A stretch of DNA of 51,131 nt, filler included, from Bipalium vagum (lineage: Eukaryota): the NCBI GenBank assembly GCA_037834085.1. It is 3 parts of 3 records of this genome, joined end to end, with 100 filler letters (N's around TTAATTAATTAA, not from the genome) between each part and the next. Parts side by side here need not be neighbours in the genome. Positions count along the whole stretch, not along the records: positions 34,698 to 51,131 come from JBBMKC010111360.1; 2 more parts are not named here. One strand, 5' to 3'. The position numbers and the translations under genes were made by a program. Within the stretch, counting starts at the first letter, position 1, and each line of letters opens with the position of its first letter. Shown in pieces: positions 38,116 to 51,131 of this stretch. The notes beneath the pieces were generated by a model that worked only from the letters and a program-made list of their open reading frames with translations, was not told the DNA's origin and did not search any database.

Positions 38116-39358
38116 TGGTAGGGTGTTGAGTGAAAAATTCTCGGACAAACAAAGGAAAAACATCAATTAAATGAAATCGATGTTACTTGTGAAAAATACA
38201 ATCGTCTGTGTAATTGCATTATGATTTTCAGCCAAATTCATTGCAAAAAATCTGTTGTAATAATTGTTTGAATTGAAAATTTACCGCACTATTTTCAAAA
38301 ATTGGAACATCACGTTATTTCATTTTGAAGGACTTAACTCCAACCGAGATTTAAAATGAAATTAATTCTACATTTGCTGAGTCTGCTTCATCATTTTCAA
38401 CAATCAAAAAATGAGCAATTGGATTTTAGTGTTGTCGCATATAAATTAATGAACGTTATGGAAGATCATGTACAACAACAACTGATGAAGTTATTGAAAA
38501 AGTTCACATTCAGTCTTAGATGATCGTCTCGTGAAGGTTCATTAACTTGCTGATTTTGCAAAGATTTCAGATTAACGCATGGGAAAGATTCTACATGACG
38601 ATATGTGAAAAAGATATCTGCAATGTGGGTACCGCTTTTGCTGACCATCGATCAAAAGCGTTAAAGAATGAATCTTTCAAACCAATGCTTGCACATATTT
38701 CAGCGTAATTCTTTTGAATTTCTATGGTGATTCGTTACCAGTGATGAAGGATCAGTACACCATAATACCGAAAGAAAACAGCTGGATAGAAGTACGTTCC
38801 AATTCACCAAAGACGGCAAAAGTTGTTCTGTCAGCAGAAAAAGTTATGGTAACAGTTTCTGGAATGCAATTGGTCTAATATTAATTGATCATCTGGGAAA
38901 ATGAAAAAACTATCACAGGAGTATATCATGCATTATTACTGTGCAAATTGAATGACGAGATCAAGAATAAACATCCATATTTAGAAAAGAGAAAGACTCC
39001 TTTTTATCATGGCAATACACCCGCTCATTCTTCAACAGTTGGACATTGAAAATTCCATGAACTACGATAAGAATTGCTTCCTTGAACCACCATACTTTAT
39101 GAAATTCACATCAAGTGATTTCTTCTTGTTTCTAATTTTATGGAAAACGATGCAGATCAAATCAGGAATTTTAATTGGAAAATAATCTATATTTTGAAGG
39201 TTTGGATAAATTATAATGTACTGATGGAATTAAAAGCCTTGTGTGTCGTTGGAATAAATGTATTGCATTGCAAAAATACTACTTTGAAAAATAAATATTA
39301 TTTTCAAATGGTTTTTTCTATTTTTGTTAGACAGAGAACTATTCACCCAATCCTCATA
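38116..39358 (+). mobile_element. Near full-length degenerate mariner, irritans/Himar1-like
   Basis: EGLTPTEI..., MKKISAMWVPLLLTIDQKR, RFVTSDE, SAEKVMVTV, GNTPAHSS and PPY...SSDFFLF; imperfect inverted ends about 1.24 kb apart. Confidence 0.88.
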
Positions 39359-42329
39359 TTTGAAAAATTCAAAAAATAATTTACCAAAATTATGAAGACT
39401 TAAATTTTTAAAAAGTTAAAAACCAGTAATAAATATTTATTTAAGAGGACAAACTAATGAAGATAATAAATTAATCAATTGATTAAACTCATTATTCATT
39501 TTACTTAACTCTAAAATAATTTAGTCTCAATCAATAATTTTGAGTAAAATCTTTTTTTTATTTTTCTTTTGTTCGTTTGTAATTTTTTGATACTTTAAGT
39601 TCATTAATCTTCAGCTTTTAACTTTGACAATGTTTGATGATTCGGACTCCGAAATGTTTCAAAATTTCTCCAAAAAAATCTTCTGCAAGATTCCATAATA
39701 AATGTTGAATATCAACAGATTTGGTTAAAATACTTTATTCATAAAATCAAAACAAAATGTTTGATTATTTGTTAATTTCACACAAATTCTAAAAATAGAT
39801 TTGAGAAAATACAACTAAATTCAGGAACTCAGGTATCCAAATTATTTTTAATCACTCACTAAACGAAGTCTATTCCAACAAAATCTATCCGTAAAAAAAT
39901 TTGCAGTAATTAAAGGTGCAGGTTTTAAAAATATTTTTTTTAATTGAAAGATTACATTCAATTGAAAATTTATTGATAAAATCGTAAAATTTAATTTTAT
40001 CAATAAAATGACAAAGATTTTATCGATAAAATTAATTAATTTTTTATGAGATCAATGATTTACTTTTTTGTATTAATCTTAAAGTGATGATAATTAAAAT
40101 AATTAATTTTATCCTCGGAAAAATATTTTGTTTAATTATTGATAATCTTTAAGGTTAAATGGCAGTATAAGATCGTTTCGATTAGTATTGTTTTAATTAT
40201 TTTCAATTTCGGTTTTATTTTACTAATTTCTATATGTATCAAGAGATTCGGAAATATATTTTAAAATAAAATAAATAACTAAATTAGAAAAAAGATTATT
40301 ATTATTTTTGGTTTATGTTTCGGTTTTTTATTTTAAAAATAAGATTTAAAATTATTTTTCTGTGGGAAAATTTATCTAAATGTATCTATTTAAAGTGTAC
40401 TTCTTTTTAGTCGTGTTTTTACGACTCAGAAACCTCAGTCTTTTCTGAAAATTGAAAACAGCCGTTTTATATAAAATCTTTTGAAGTTTCAAAAAAGTAT
40501 CTAAAATAATTTTATTCACTGGTTTCTTAATATTTTGGACATGGCTTCCTACCACTGATATTATGATCAACTCCATTAACCAATGGTCCATGTCTGTGGT
40601 TACTCTGTAATAAAAAAGAGATGATACATTTCTAAGTTGAATCTTTAGAAAATAATTCCGGTTTTATGAACGACAACTATGTTGATTAAAATTTAATGTA
40701 AATTTATTGTTATGATCCTCGAAGGATGGAGCTAATAAGATAATATTGAAGAAGTCTTAGGGCTTAAAGATTACTGATTAGAATGTGTTCGAATTATCAA
40801 AGGTAAACAAATTAAATGAGTAACTGAAATGAATAACTAAAATTATTATTATTATTATTATTATAGTAATCATTATCATTATCACTATTATTATTTTTTA
40901 GCACTTCTTAAATAAATATTTTCCTCTGGAACTTAGGCTTAGGGGTTTTCAATAGTAAGATATGACACACTCCCCTACTAAGTGTATTAAATGAGTTTTT
41001 AATAATGTAAAGCTAAAAACACCTAAAATTTCAACAACAAAAAAGCGGAAACAAAAAAATTATTGTTTGACCCTAGAGTATTTGTGGAAATGATAGATAA
41101 CTCAATTACAACACTGTTCAAAATAATAAGGTTATATAAAATCAGTTCTAATGAACTTTGTCTTGATTACAAAACGAATCCAAGTGAAATATTATTTATT
41201 TACTTTATTGAGACAATCAATAACGAATTCTAACAAAAATTTGAATATGTTTGATCTGTGATCGACCCACTAATAATTTATAAGATCCAGTCCAGTATTT
41301 ATTGAATAATTCTTTTTGTTTTCGTACCAAATGTAAACTGTGTTGAAGATAAAAAAATTCGCACATTGTTTAAAACGTTAATTTTTTGTAAATATTTTTG
41401 TTGTTTACACTTCAAATTATTTTTTTTGATATTTTAAAATATTTTATTTTTTTGTTAATTTAATCTTAATTCTATTTTATTTATAAAAATATAAAAAGAA
41501 ATGGAAAAAAAGAAAGAAAGAAAATAGCGTAAAGAAATGTTCTAAGACATTTTAATTGAAACTTTTTATTCAAAATACGAAAATAAATAAAATTTTCAAT
41601 TTTCAATAGGCAAGGAATATAAAAGAAGAAATCACAAATATTGTATTGACAAGGACTGAGACTGTGACGATGGGAGTCTCCACATTATTATAAGATAATG
41701 TTTCTTGGCTCTTCAATCGTGTGGTTTTAAGAAACAATCATAATTAAATTGACAATCTAGTAGAATTCTTTTTGTTTTAATTATTCAAAAGTTGATTAAT
41801 TAATTTTTCTAAAAATATTTTTTCAGTTATTTTATTTTATTTTTTTTCTTTCAATTATATATTTTATATTTACATTTGCTTATTACTTTATTATTTTAAA
41901 TGCCCACATATTTTTATAATGCACTCTTCTTAAATTATATAATGAAAACAATTATTTTTTTTAATTTTATATTTAATATGAAAATCTTGGATTTGGAATG
42001 ATTTGATGTTCGACTCCTCATTTTCTTTTTATTTATAAGTATGATGATCAAAAATCTCCAACTAAAGATAATGATTAATTTGAGTATATTTTTTAATATT
42101 ATTTATTTAATAAAATACAATAAAATTATTCACTATATTTTAATTTAAAATAATTATTTACCTCTAAAAAATAAAATAACAAATATTATTTTAGTAGCTA
42201 CTACTGATTGTAATAAGTAAACTGGTGTTTAAAAATATTATCTAATACCAAGAAATTTAAGAAAAATTTTGCTGTTTTTAATAGTTATAAAATAAATACG
42301 TCATAATTGACAGTCTGACTCTCCAACAA

Positions 42330-42840
42330 TAAACAGTAAATCATATTAGATTTTGGTATCCACACGAAAGCAAGATTGGCTTTTTTCATCCAAAATTAGC
42401 TCCGAAAAAAAAGGTTTCAGAATTTTGCATTCACTTACCAACCTAGGTTTATCCTGATATGATTTATTATCAGTTTGTCTGGTAATAGAATCATTAATAC
42501 TGTTGAATATGATCGTCAATTAGGTTAACTGTGAGATGCAGTGGATAAAATATTGAAAATATTTAATAAAAAAATCTTAGCATTTCCTCATCATAACGCT
42601 TGCCATGATGTACACCTGAGTGTATTTCGAAAATTTTCAGATTTTTTATAGCATTTCATATGTCATGATACATATATAATACTTTTTACCATCTTTTTCG
42701 TTGATTACAGAATAACAGTCTTTAAAAGATAACGAAAATCATCCTTAAAAATTTTCAGTTGGTTTCTTAAATAAATTATTTATTGATAGCATCATGAAAC
42801 TAGCTGATCAACAGAGACAGATATTATAACATAAGATATT
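42330..42840 (+). mobile_element. Highly decayed mariner fragment
   Basis: WYPHE-like motif near 42355, and FYHLFR*LQNN...DSIMKLADQQRQI at the C-terminus. Confidence 0.55.
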
Positions 42841-43079
42841 ATATATAACAGATATGTATAACATAATGATACATATTGCTGATACATATTAATGATACAT
42901 ATTTAAAATAATAATTATTATAACACAAATATATATTTTTTAAAAATTATAATTATTGCTTATTTGATGACTTGGGATGAGGTTTATTTCGTATACAGAG
43001 GCCAATCAAACCATGGGAATTTTTAATTTTAAAATCATTTATATTTTAATGTAGTGACTAAACAGTTTGTTCTCTATTC

Positions 43080-43790
43080 AGCTGCTTCTGAAATGAACAT
43101 CCAATTTTAATCTACTATATATGTTCTCATTTACATTTAGAACCATTGTGGATAAATTCAAAATGTGTTTCTAGTTATAAAATGACGTATAAAATTCGTT
43201 TTATTTTTATTAAAATGATCCAAATGATGTTTATAAATTTTCTTTTTTTGTTAAATCATTAAAAAATGCACCACTATTTTTTCAAATACTTTTTCCATGA
43301 GCAAATCTACTTAATGACGAATTTGTTCAGCTAATATTATCAAGGTTTCAACAATTTCATTCCTTTATATTTGGATCTTCATATACAATTTCATGAATTC
43401 GTATAATGTCTGGTGTTGAGTAACTTTTAGGACGTCAACTGTGTGTATCATCTTCGATTCTTGTTCGATCACGTTTAAACTCTAAACCCCATCAATGAAC
43501 AGTAGAATATGAAGTTTCAGATCCTTATAATACCTTTTTACTGTGAATTTTCAATGCAGTTAATCATTTCAGAACAAGAAATATGATAACAGTGCGATAC
43601 TCAATTTTTCCGTAAAAAAACAATAAATTGCAAATCAATTTCAAATATGTTCTAAACAATAATAAAGTAATTGATTCAAACAAAATTTTAAATGTGATGT
43701 TGAAATATGATATCCATATTAAAATAGCATGGAAATATGTAATTTTACACTGTTTCATAATTGTTCTTTCATAACTTTTCACACAAACTA
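43080..43790 (-). mobile_element. 5' half of an irritans-like mariner
   Basis: KIEYRTVIIFLVLK*LTALKIH...SYSTVH*WGLEFKRDRTRIEDDTHS*RPKS. Confidence 0.8.
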
Positions 43791-44513
43791 TACTTTTTTA
43801 TTAAACATTTAAATAATTGAATAAATTTTCAATCTAACAATTTGATGATATTTTATTTTTTCAACATTATTTTATTAATATTACATTTTTAAAATTTCCC
43901 TTTCCTAATCTTAGAGAATTGTTGATAACTTAATACTGAAAATGAGTTCATAAATAAAATATAATTAAAACTAAATTTATAAGTGATAATTCTAATAGAG
44001 AAACAACTAATTATTCAAACAAAATATTATTTAAACATTTTAATTTATCTTTTTCTGTATTGAATTTAATATTGATATTTCGTAATATTTCACAAATTAA
44101 TTTCTAGAAACAAGGCAACTCAGAGAAATAATTGTATATTTTTGTTATAATAATAATAATAATAATAATAATTGAAATGAATTTAGGGTAAATAAGAACA
44201 ATAATAATAAAATAAACAATAAATCTTTCTACATTAATTATATAACTGAAGAATAAAATTATTTTTTGTATTAAAAAATTCCAAAATATTTTTGGATTTT
44301 TTCAAAATATAAAATAAATAAATTTTAATTGAAAAAAAATATTCTTGAGAAAATTCGCAAAAGAAATTCAGAGAGAAATCATTCTTATAACATTCGAAAA
44401 ACAAGAAATCAAATTTGATATCATTATTTTATTTATTTATTTTCCTAACATTCAATTTTGTTGTGAAAGTCTCAAAATCAAGCTCAGGCAACATTTTGAA
44501 ATATCTAAAATAT

Positions 44514-44590
44514 TTATATAAATGGTAAAGCCTTTCGATTATTTATTGTATTTATTATGGGAATATCGATCAATATGTGTAGTAGGCCGT
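44514..44590 (-). CDS. USP40: Candidate terminal exon of the USP40-like gene
   Basis: tgttttttag acceptor in the required phase 1 after an 81-bp intron, giving (D)GLLHILIDIPIINTINNRKALPFI*. No recognisable homology. Confidence 0.35.
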
Positions 44591-44671
44591 CTAAAAAACA
44601 ATATTATCAACAAAGTAAAATGTAGTTCTCTGATCAAAAGCTCAATATCTAAAGGTCTACAATCGTATTAC

Positions 44672-45372
44672 CAGGACTATCTAGATTTCTATTTCGATAA
44701 AAGAGCATATAAGCGCATTCGTGGCCTTGGAAAACCTTTTGAAAGTCGGTCTCTTTGATTTCCGTTATGCTTTCATCATTGAAATCATACCATCGCCCGC
44801 TTTCCACGAAGGTTGTTTTCACTTTTCTCTGATGCTGCGTTTGCTCTGTGTTGGAATATCGAGCATTAAATTTTGAATCTTGATCGCTAAATTTCGAAGC
44901 TGATGTCGACTGGAACCTCAACTTGTTATTGGCACTTAATGGCAGTGAATGTATGACATTAGATTTTGTCTGTGAGCTGGAGTCAGAGGACAGATCACTT
45001 TTTTCCGGTTCCTGGCCGTTTGCATTAGAGTAGAGATTGGATATGTTCTGCGTCTCAAACAATTGTGCTTTCCAACCGTTGAAGGCTTCATTATTGTTGG
45101 TGTTCAAAGGTTGTGAAAATTCATCAATGACGGAGTCTGACAATTCGGATGAGTTCCTGTTCAATAAATGAGCTTGGTGCAGCAAATTTGCTTTATGGAG
45201 CTCCATTTCAGGAATTTGAGAATCAACGGAATCTGCTTCTGGCATGAAATTGGTCTCTGCAACAACTCCGGCTCCATTGGTGCCAGTCCAGAAGCTTTTA
45301 ATAGCGTCAAATAATGCTGAAAATTTGCTGTTGGACTTTTTTCCGCTTACGTTTGAAGATTCAGAAATATTC
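44672..45372 (-). CDS. USP40: USP40-like deubiquitinase, exon with low-complexity insert and final USP boxes
   Basis: tacag|(E)NISESS...MPEADS...GRWYDFNDESITEIKETDFQKVFQGHECAYMLFYRNRNLDSP|gtaata; phase matches the 47252 donor. Confidence 0.9.
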
Positions 45373-45549
45373 CTGTATAGAATGGATCATTTTTATGAGA
45401 ATTATGAAATTATTTTTATAAATTTGTATTGAGTGTTAAATGTTAAAATAAGATAATTAAAAATAAATTAAGTTAATATTAAATATAAATAATGTTGCGT
45501 CATAGATTGCATCATATTTGTCAGTTGAAAATTTATCTCACAATAATAT

Positions 45550-45897
45550 AATATATAATATTTGGATATCAAGAAATGATTGTGAAAATCACTTGTTTTG
45601 GTTTTTTATTTCATCCGCCATATTCAGAGATATCCGAGTGACTATCATTTGTTTCAATCGATGGTACACAAGCTTTCAAAGCAGAAATTCAACAATTATG
45701 AAGAAATAGAAAAATTGCTCAATTAATGAATCACTTCAAAAGAAGAGTCGTTTTTCCATCAACTATTTTAACTACTACCATTCAGGTGGGAAAAGGTAAT
45801 ATCAAAAGATACTTTGATTAGTAAACATGTACTTATTTTTTCATTAAAAAGTGTATTTGTATTTAAAAACGGATCGAATTAATTCACATATCTAATA
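45550..45897 (+). mobile_element. Intronic mariner 3' end (mauritiana-like) with TIR remnant
   Basis: FHPPYS..DYHLFQSMVHKLSKQKFNNYEEIEK...LPFRWEKVI..YFD*, ending AATTAATTCACATATCTAATA. Confidence 0.8.
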
Positions 45898-47251
45898 ATT
45901 CATGTATTCACCATTATCATTATCCATAAATTTCCTACTATCTGTCCCCCATTTCTCAGACGTTCTAGAAGAATATGATCTCAAGAGTCCCCAATGCAGT
46001 CAAATGGAATTCCTGTTTATCATTTGGGAAGAAATCTTCCTTTTTTGAATTTTTGAACCATCTTTGATATTTTCTAATACTTAATATCCAACAATATACC
46101 GTTGAAATGTTCCGAACTCATTGTCAGTTTGAAAATACGCATAAATTAATTTACATTAACAACCAATAAAAATTATTAACGTATACTGTCTTTTTGAAAA
46201 CAGCGCTGACAAATAAATAAAATTAACATATTAAAAAAAGAAAATAGTTTTCGAGAAATCAACATTAAATATAAAATGATAAAATTTCTTTAAACAATTT
46301 ATTTATTTTACAAAATATTTTCTAAAAATAAATCAATAATTATTTTTATTCAAAATATTAAAAATAAACATTAATCCAAATGTTCCTGTTAATTTTTCTA
46401 AGAAAAAAGTTTTTTGATATTAAAGACGCAAATAGATGTAAGAACAGAATATTTTTTTAGTGTTCTACAAGTTTAATAAAAGTTTTAAAGAGCTCCGGAA
46501 ACTCAGAGACAACCGTTCACAGTACTTGAAACTGTAGGAAGAGGACTTTATAATGTTGTTCATCGGTGTATGAGGAAATAAGATGAAATTTATTAAAATT
46601 TTGTGAAGACAAAAACTAAAACGAAAAAAAATAATTACCAATCAGATTAAATTATTTTACTAATTAAAATAAAATATTTTGTTATTTTTTTATCTAGAAA
46701 ATATGTAAATTATTCTTAATTATCGAATTTGAATTTTAAAGATAAATATTGAGCTAGAATTTTTTAAAAAATTATATAATTATCTTCAGATAACTAATAT
46801 TTGAATCGATTAATTATTTTAGTTAATTATTTGATTCAATTAAACAAAAATTCCAGCTTCTTCAAATTTGTCTTGTTACTTGTCAATGGTTGGCTAAAAT
46901 ATCACATAAAAAATAAAACGAAATAAATTAACCAATCACAAAAAAGTACAGATTTCAAATTTCAAAGTAATGTCAAATATTCCCCTTGAAAGGTTTGTGG
47001 TGATGAAACATTAAAACAACTTTAATGTATTAGAGAAAAGCTAATAATTTTTGATCCGACCATATATAATATATAAAATCAAGTATTCAAGTAGTGAAGA
47101 ACCTTTATATTCAACTGCAGTCTTATCAATTACCTTTAAACCCTATTATTATAGTATGAATATTTTATCTTATTTATGTTTGTCATATTTAATGTTAATT
47201 TACTCTTTTTTTCACTTTTAGGAAGTATTTTTTTAAAAATATGTAAATTAC

Positions 47252-47448
47252 TCTACTCCAATTTCGGAATTTAAGGTATCACAGTCTTTAGTATTTGCCA
47301 AAAGGTCCATTGATTCTCCTCGACCAGTGACTTTTGACAGAGACACGTTGTCATTGTTTGGCTTGGGTTTGTTCTGTTTATCAGAATAAATTTGTGAGAA
47401 ATCCTTCCTCTCACAATTGGAATTCAATTTCGTCTCTCTGGTATTGTT
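47252..47448 (-). CDS. USP40: USP40-like deubiquitinase, insert exon
   Basis: attag|NNTRETKLNSNCERKDFSQ...DTLNSEIGV|gtaatt; open for 197 bp, phase 0-2, linking both neighbours in frame. Confidence 0.8.
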
Positions 47449-47494
47449 CTAATATGAAAATCACTCTAAATTGAACTGATTTCAACCGAATAAC

Positions 47495-47614
47495 CTCATT
47501 CTCTTCCACTTCGTTTTCAAATCCATACGGATCTTTAATATATGCATGATAGTGACCTCCCAAAGTACTGTTTCCAACATGTATAACAACCGAAAATAAA
47601 TCATAAAGTATTTT
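47495..47614 (-). CDS. USP40: USP40-like deubiquitinase, His-box exon
   Basis: tttag|KILYDLFSVVIHVGNSTLGGHYHAYIKDPYGFENEVEENE|gttatt. Confidence 0.93.
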
Positions 47615-47767
47615 CTAAATAAAGGTTAATTATAACAAGTTTAATTAATGAGAAAAAAATCTTTCAAAATTATTCCTTTCGGAATAATATAACATAGAAT
47701 AGGAACAATAAAATGCTTATTTGCATATTGTTCCCGATCCTCTAATCCCAAATCCACAGGTACCTAC

Positions 47768-47923
47768 ATTTGTCTGTTTCGATTCCAGAAATTCGGAAAC
47801 ATCCAGAGTAACAGGAAAACTGCAACACTTGTCGACCTTGATGCTCTCCATAGTTCTGGGATCGAAATCAAATCGTGATAGGCAAAGTGTCAAAATTGGT
47901 GGAAACTCTTTAAAATGAGTTGT
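47768..47923 (-). CDS. USP40: USP40-like deubiquitinase, box 4 exon
   Basis: tgaag|TTHFKEFPPILTLCLSRFDFDPRTMESIKVDKCCSFPVTLDVSEFLESKQTN|gtaggt. Confidence 0.93.
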
Positions 47924-47967
47924 CTTCAAATAATAATCATATAATAATGATAATTGTAATATCACAC

Positions 47968-48111
47968 CTTGATTGCATCTACTTTTGCGTTACAATTTAC
48001 GCAAAAGTATTGATTATCCCCCATTAGGCGTTCATTAGCTGTATGAGCCATCAGACATAGTTCCACAGAGTCGTGTTGAATAACCGCTAAATTGACATCT
48101 AAATATTCGTC
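47968..48111 (-). CDS. USP40: USP40-like deubiquitinase, fingers exon with CxxC
   Basis: cacag|DEYLDVNLAV...NERLMGDNQYFCVNCNAKVDAIK|gtgtga. The upstream Cys-box exons were not found in the window. Confidence 0.92.
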
Positions 48112-51100
48112 CTGTGGTTTGTATTTTGATAAAATTAATACGTTGGAAAGATTTAATGTTAAGAATCACGAACATCGATCCATAATATATTTATCTTATT
48201 TGGTTGCAGTGAAATTCGGAGTTTGCTATATTTTATATTTCAGAATCATTTTATAATGTTTGTTTAGTTTGAATGGTCTTCTTTCTACTGAGTATTTAGA
48301 AATATATTTTTCTACTATTATTATTTTGTTATGAACCCTTCTAACGAAGAAATATTTTTGCTATTCCATTTTCAGTGGAAGCTAAATTTAAATGCTTCCA
48401 ATACTGGAAGACTTAAAACTTATAAGAAAATTTAATTGTTGGTGAATATACTTTTAAGCGTTTGTTCGTAAAGTTTAATGTCAGTAAGGCGGATCTTAAA
48501 GACAACTAAAAGTTTGGCTAACAGCAAAAGTAGATTATCATGCTCTCATTGGATGATAACTTCAATCAATAATAACTTCAAATTATCCAATGAGTAATAT
48601 AATTTACTGATGACTCACTTATATTTATTTACGGTAAAATTTGACTGAATTAAAATTTCTTTTTTTAATATCTACCTCAGATAAAATAAAAATTAAACAA
48701 TTCCTGAAAACTTTCCTGCTAATCTAATGTAATTTGAAGATATATTTTCATCTATACTTTTTCAAATGGGACTGGCATTGATAAAAAGACTAAGCTTTTT
48801 AACTAATTAAGCGAAATTTTTTAAAATATTTTTATTAATTAATGCATGATTCTAATTAATTTAATAATCAAAAATAAAATTTATGTTAATTTTCGAATAT
48901 AAATAAAAAAAATACTTAATTATCTTATTTATATTTATAAATTTTGTATAAAAATTCTGACGTTCGAAAGAGGAAATTTTCTAATTATCATATTTTAATA
49001 AAAAGAAAATCTTTGAATAAAAATTCACAAAAACATTCGAATTTAATATCAAAAATTATAAATATATTTTTTAAAATCATTCAGCGAGAATTTTGACAGA
49101 TTAAATTATCTCCCTGAAGCATAATTAAATATCTCTTAACGCTATAAAAGATGTTCTTAATAATAAATAAATGTAAACAGAAATAAAATATAAATAATAC
49201 TAATAACACAAACGAATAAAAATATAATCACAGATATATTTATATGTGGAAATTGAAAATGACTTCTTTTAATACTTATTATTTTATAATATAAATATAT
49301 AAAATGAAAAAATATAACGAAACTTCATTCGGCGCAGTTCTCAATTGCAAAACCGAAATAAAATAACACTTCAATATCCAAGATGATGAAACTGAGAAAA
49401 GTCTACCCACCACCAAAGGGTAAGGTATTCTTAATGTAAGGGAAGGCACCTTTCAAGTTTTAAGAAAGTTTGAAAAAAATTAAAGAGAAAAACTGAGAAA
49501 TTATATTCACAAAAACTGACGATGTAAAACACCAGTTATATCGATTGTGAAAATAATTAAAACAGAAAATTAAAAAAAATCACAAAGAAAAGAAGAATTA
49601 AAGAAAGACAAATTAAAGAAGAATTAATTCACTTCGTCAGATATTTCAATGTTTATAATTATGATAATTATTATGTATTACATTTTCCAGATTGTTACAG
49701 TGAAGCACCAAATAGCAAGAGAAAAGAGCTTAAGATAGCTAATTACAATACTTCAAATAGTTTTTAATTGTCATTGATGGTGAAAAAGGTTTTATTAATA
49801 ATAAAAGTAAAAATTCAGAAAATAAAAATAGACTTTCTATTTATCTCTTAGAGACAGCGTTGTTACGCTCTTTTAATTCTTGAGATGACATTAATTATTT
49901 TTTCTTGTGAAATTAAAAATAATTTTATTAATATTTTTCTTGAAGAACAAAAGAATATTTGATTTATTTAAGTGAATATCGATTAATTTACTTATTTTAT
50001 GATAGAATAATTTTTTTTATATTTTACGTTAACTAATAATTTAAGATATCTGTAATTTTTTTAAAAAATGAATAGAACTTTTTTTAATTATTTTTATTCA
50101 TTTTAAATATTAAAACTCATCATTAAAAATAGTAAAAAAAAACTTAAGTTCTTAACTTTGTGTAAAACATTTGAAAACCGATTTTATCATTGATATCATT
50201 TTTTCTGATGACTTAAGTTAATCTTCTAAATATAGCTTCGTTCAGTTGACCTATCGATCAAGAACATTTACCGCTGATCAAAGTTTGTGAATACTTTCGT
50301 AGTTAAGAATTATTATTGTGATGACTATTTATAGAAAAGATTTTTAGTATTTTTCTTAACTCTTGGTGAAAAAATTATATACCCATCAACTATTTTGGTC
50401 AGTTCGATGCTCAAGGATGTTGTGAAAGAATAATTATTGAATTAATATAATTGACTTAAATCAATTTTTTTAATTTAAAAATTTTACTTTCAAAAAGTTT
50501 TAATTGCAATATTTTTCCGAATGTTAAAACGAATTTATTTTTCTAATCGTTTTACACCTTCCTTTTTAGCACAAACTTAAAAACTACACCAATTATCTTA
50601 AATATCGTGTGAACTTTATATACATTCCATATATAAGAGCACAGAAAATTAACTTGTTTGTTTGGCGAAAATTCTTTGTTTTGTTGGTGTGTATAGCATG
50701 CAGAAAGAATTTTATGAATTAAACTTATGAAACTTTAATTACAATCTTAATTAAATATTCATTTGCTTAAGTTGATTATTTTTATCTAATTTTTCTTTTA
50801 GATGATTTGAATTCCAATTATTATTATTATTTTCTTTGCAACATTGATACATATTAATTGAAATACTTTTGGAATTACCCATGAAATAGAAAGATGGTTG
50901 TGGTTAAAGAAGATAGTGGTGTAACGATGATAAAAATTGGCTTAGAAAGAAAAGATTACTGATACCAACATTCAAAACATAAACAAGTTGATTAATGAAA
51001 ATCTTCATCTTTGTATCATAAGTCATTAATTATTTGACGTCTTTACAAGCAGTTTTCTGTGTTTACTCTCTTCTCTTTATAGATTGGCTTTAAAATAAAT

Positions 51101-51131
51101 TAAGTTTTTGAAAATTGAGGAAAACGAATAT

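Noticed and set aside
45940-46073. Possible extra USP exon on the minus strand
   Set aside because: All three frames hit stops after the AG, and 47252 splices in phase directly to 45372.
44522-47918. Plus-strand ORFs 44522, 45244, 45518 and 47721
   Set aside because: Antisense shadows of USP exons or off-frame mariner sequence.

Overview
Very AT-rich, intron-containing animal DNA. The 44-49 bp mini-introns, (AAT)n tracts and dense decayed mariners suggest an invertebrate such as a planarian flatworm (inference). The window is three contigs (1-15679, 15780-34597, 34698-51131) joined by two identical artificial 100-bp linkers (N44-TTAATTAATTAA-N44), so adjacency across them is unproven. Two host genes could be spliced by hand with consistent GT-AG phases. 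(1) Six + strand exons (19821-25869) encode S1 end-M1-M2-M3-S2-M4 of an NMDA receptor GluN2-type subunit. (2) Five - strand exons (48111-44672) encode the C-terminal half of a USP40-like deubiquitinase catalytic domain. Much of the rest is dead transposons: about 15 Tc1/mariner/pogo relics from several lineages, an R2-like REL-endonuclease fragment, a triple zinc-knuckle gag-like relic and a LINE-like 3' end. The most striking unexplained feature is a ~115-bp mobile element present twice (27516-27629, 32662-32776). It is a tRNA-Ala-derived core enclosed in inverted termini TGTTAG...CT(A/C)ACA, and each copy has its own exact 5-bp target-site duplication, which points to integrase-type rather than SINE-type insertion.
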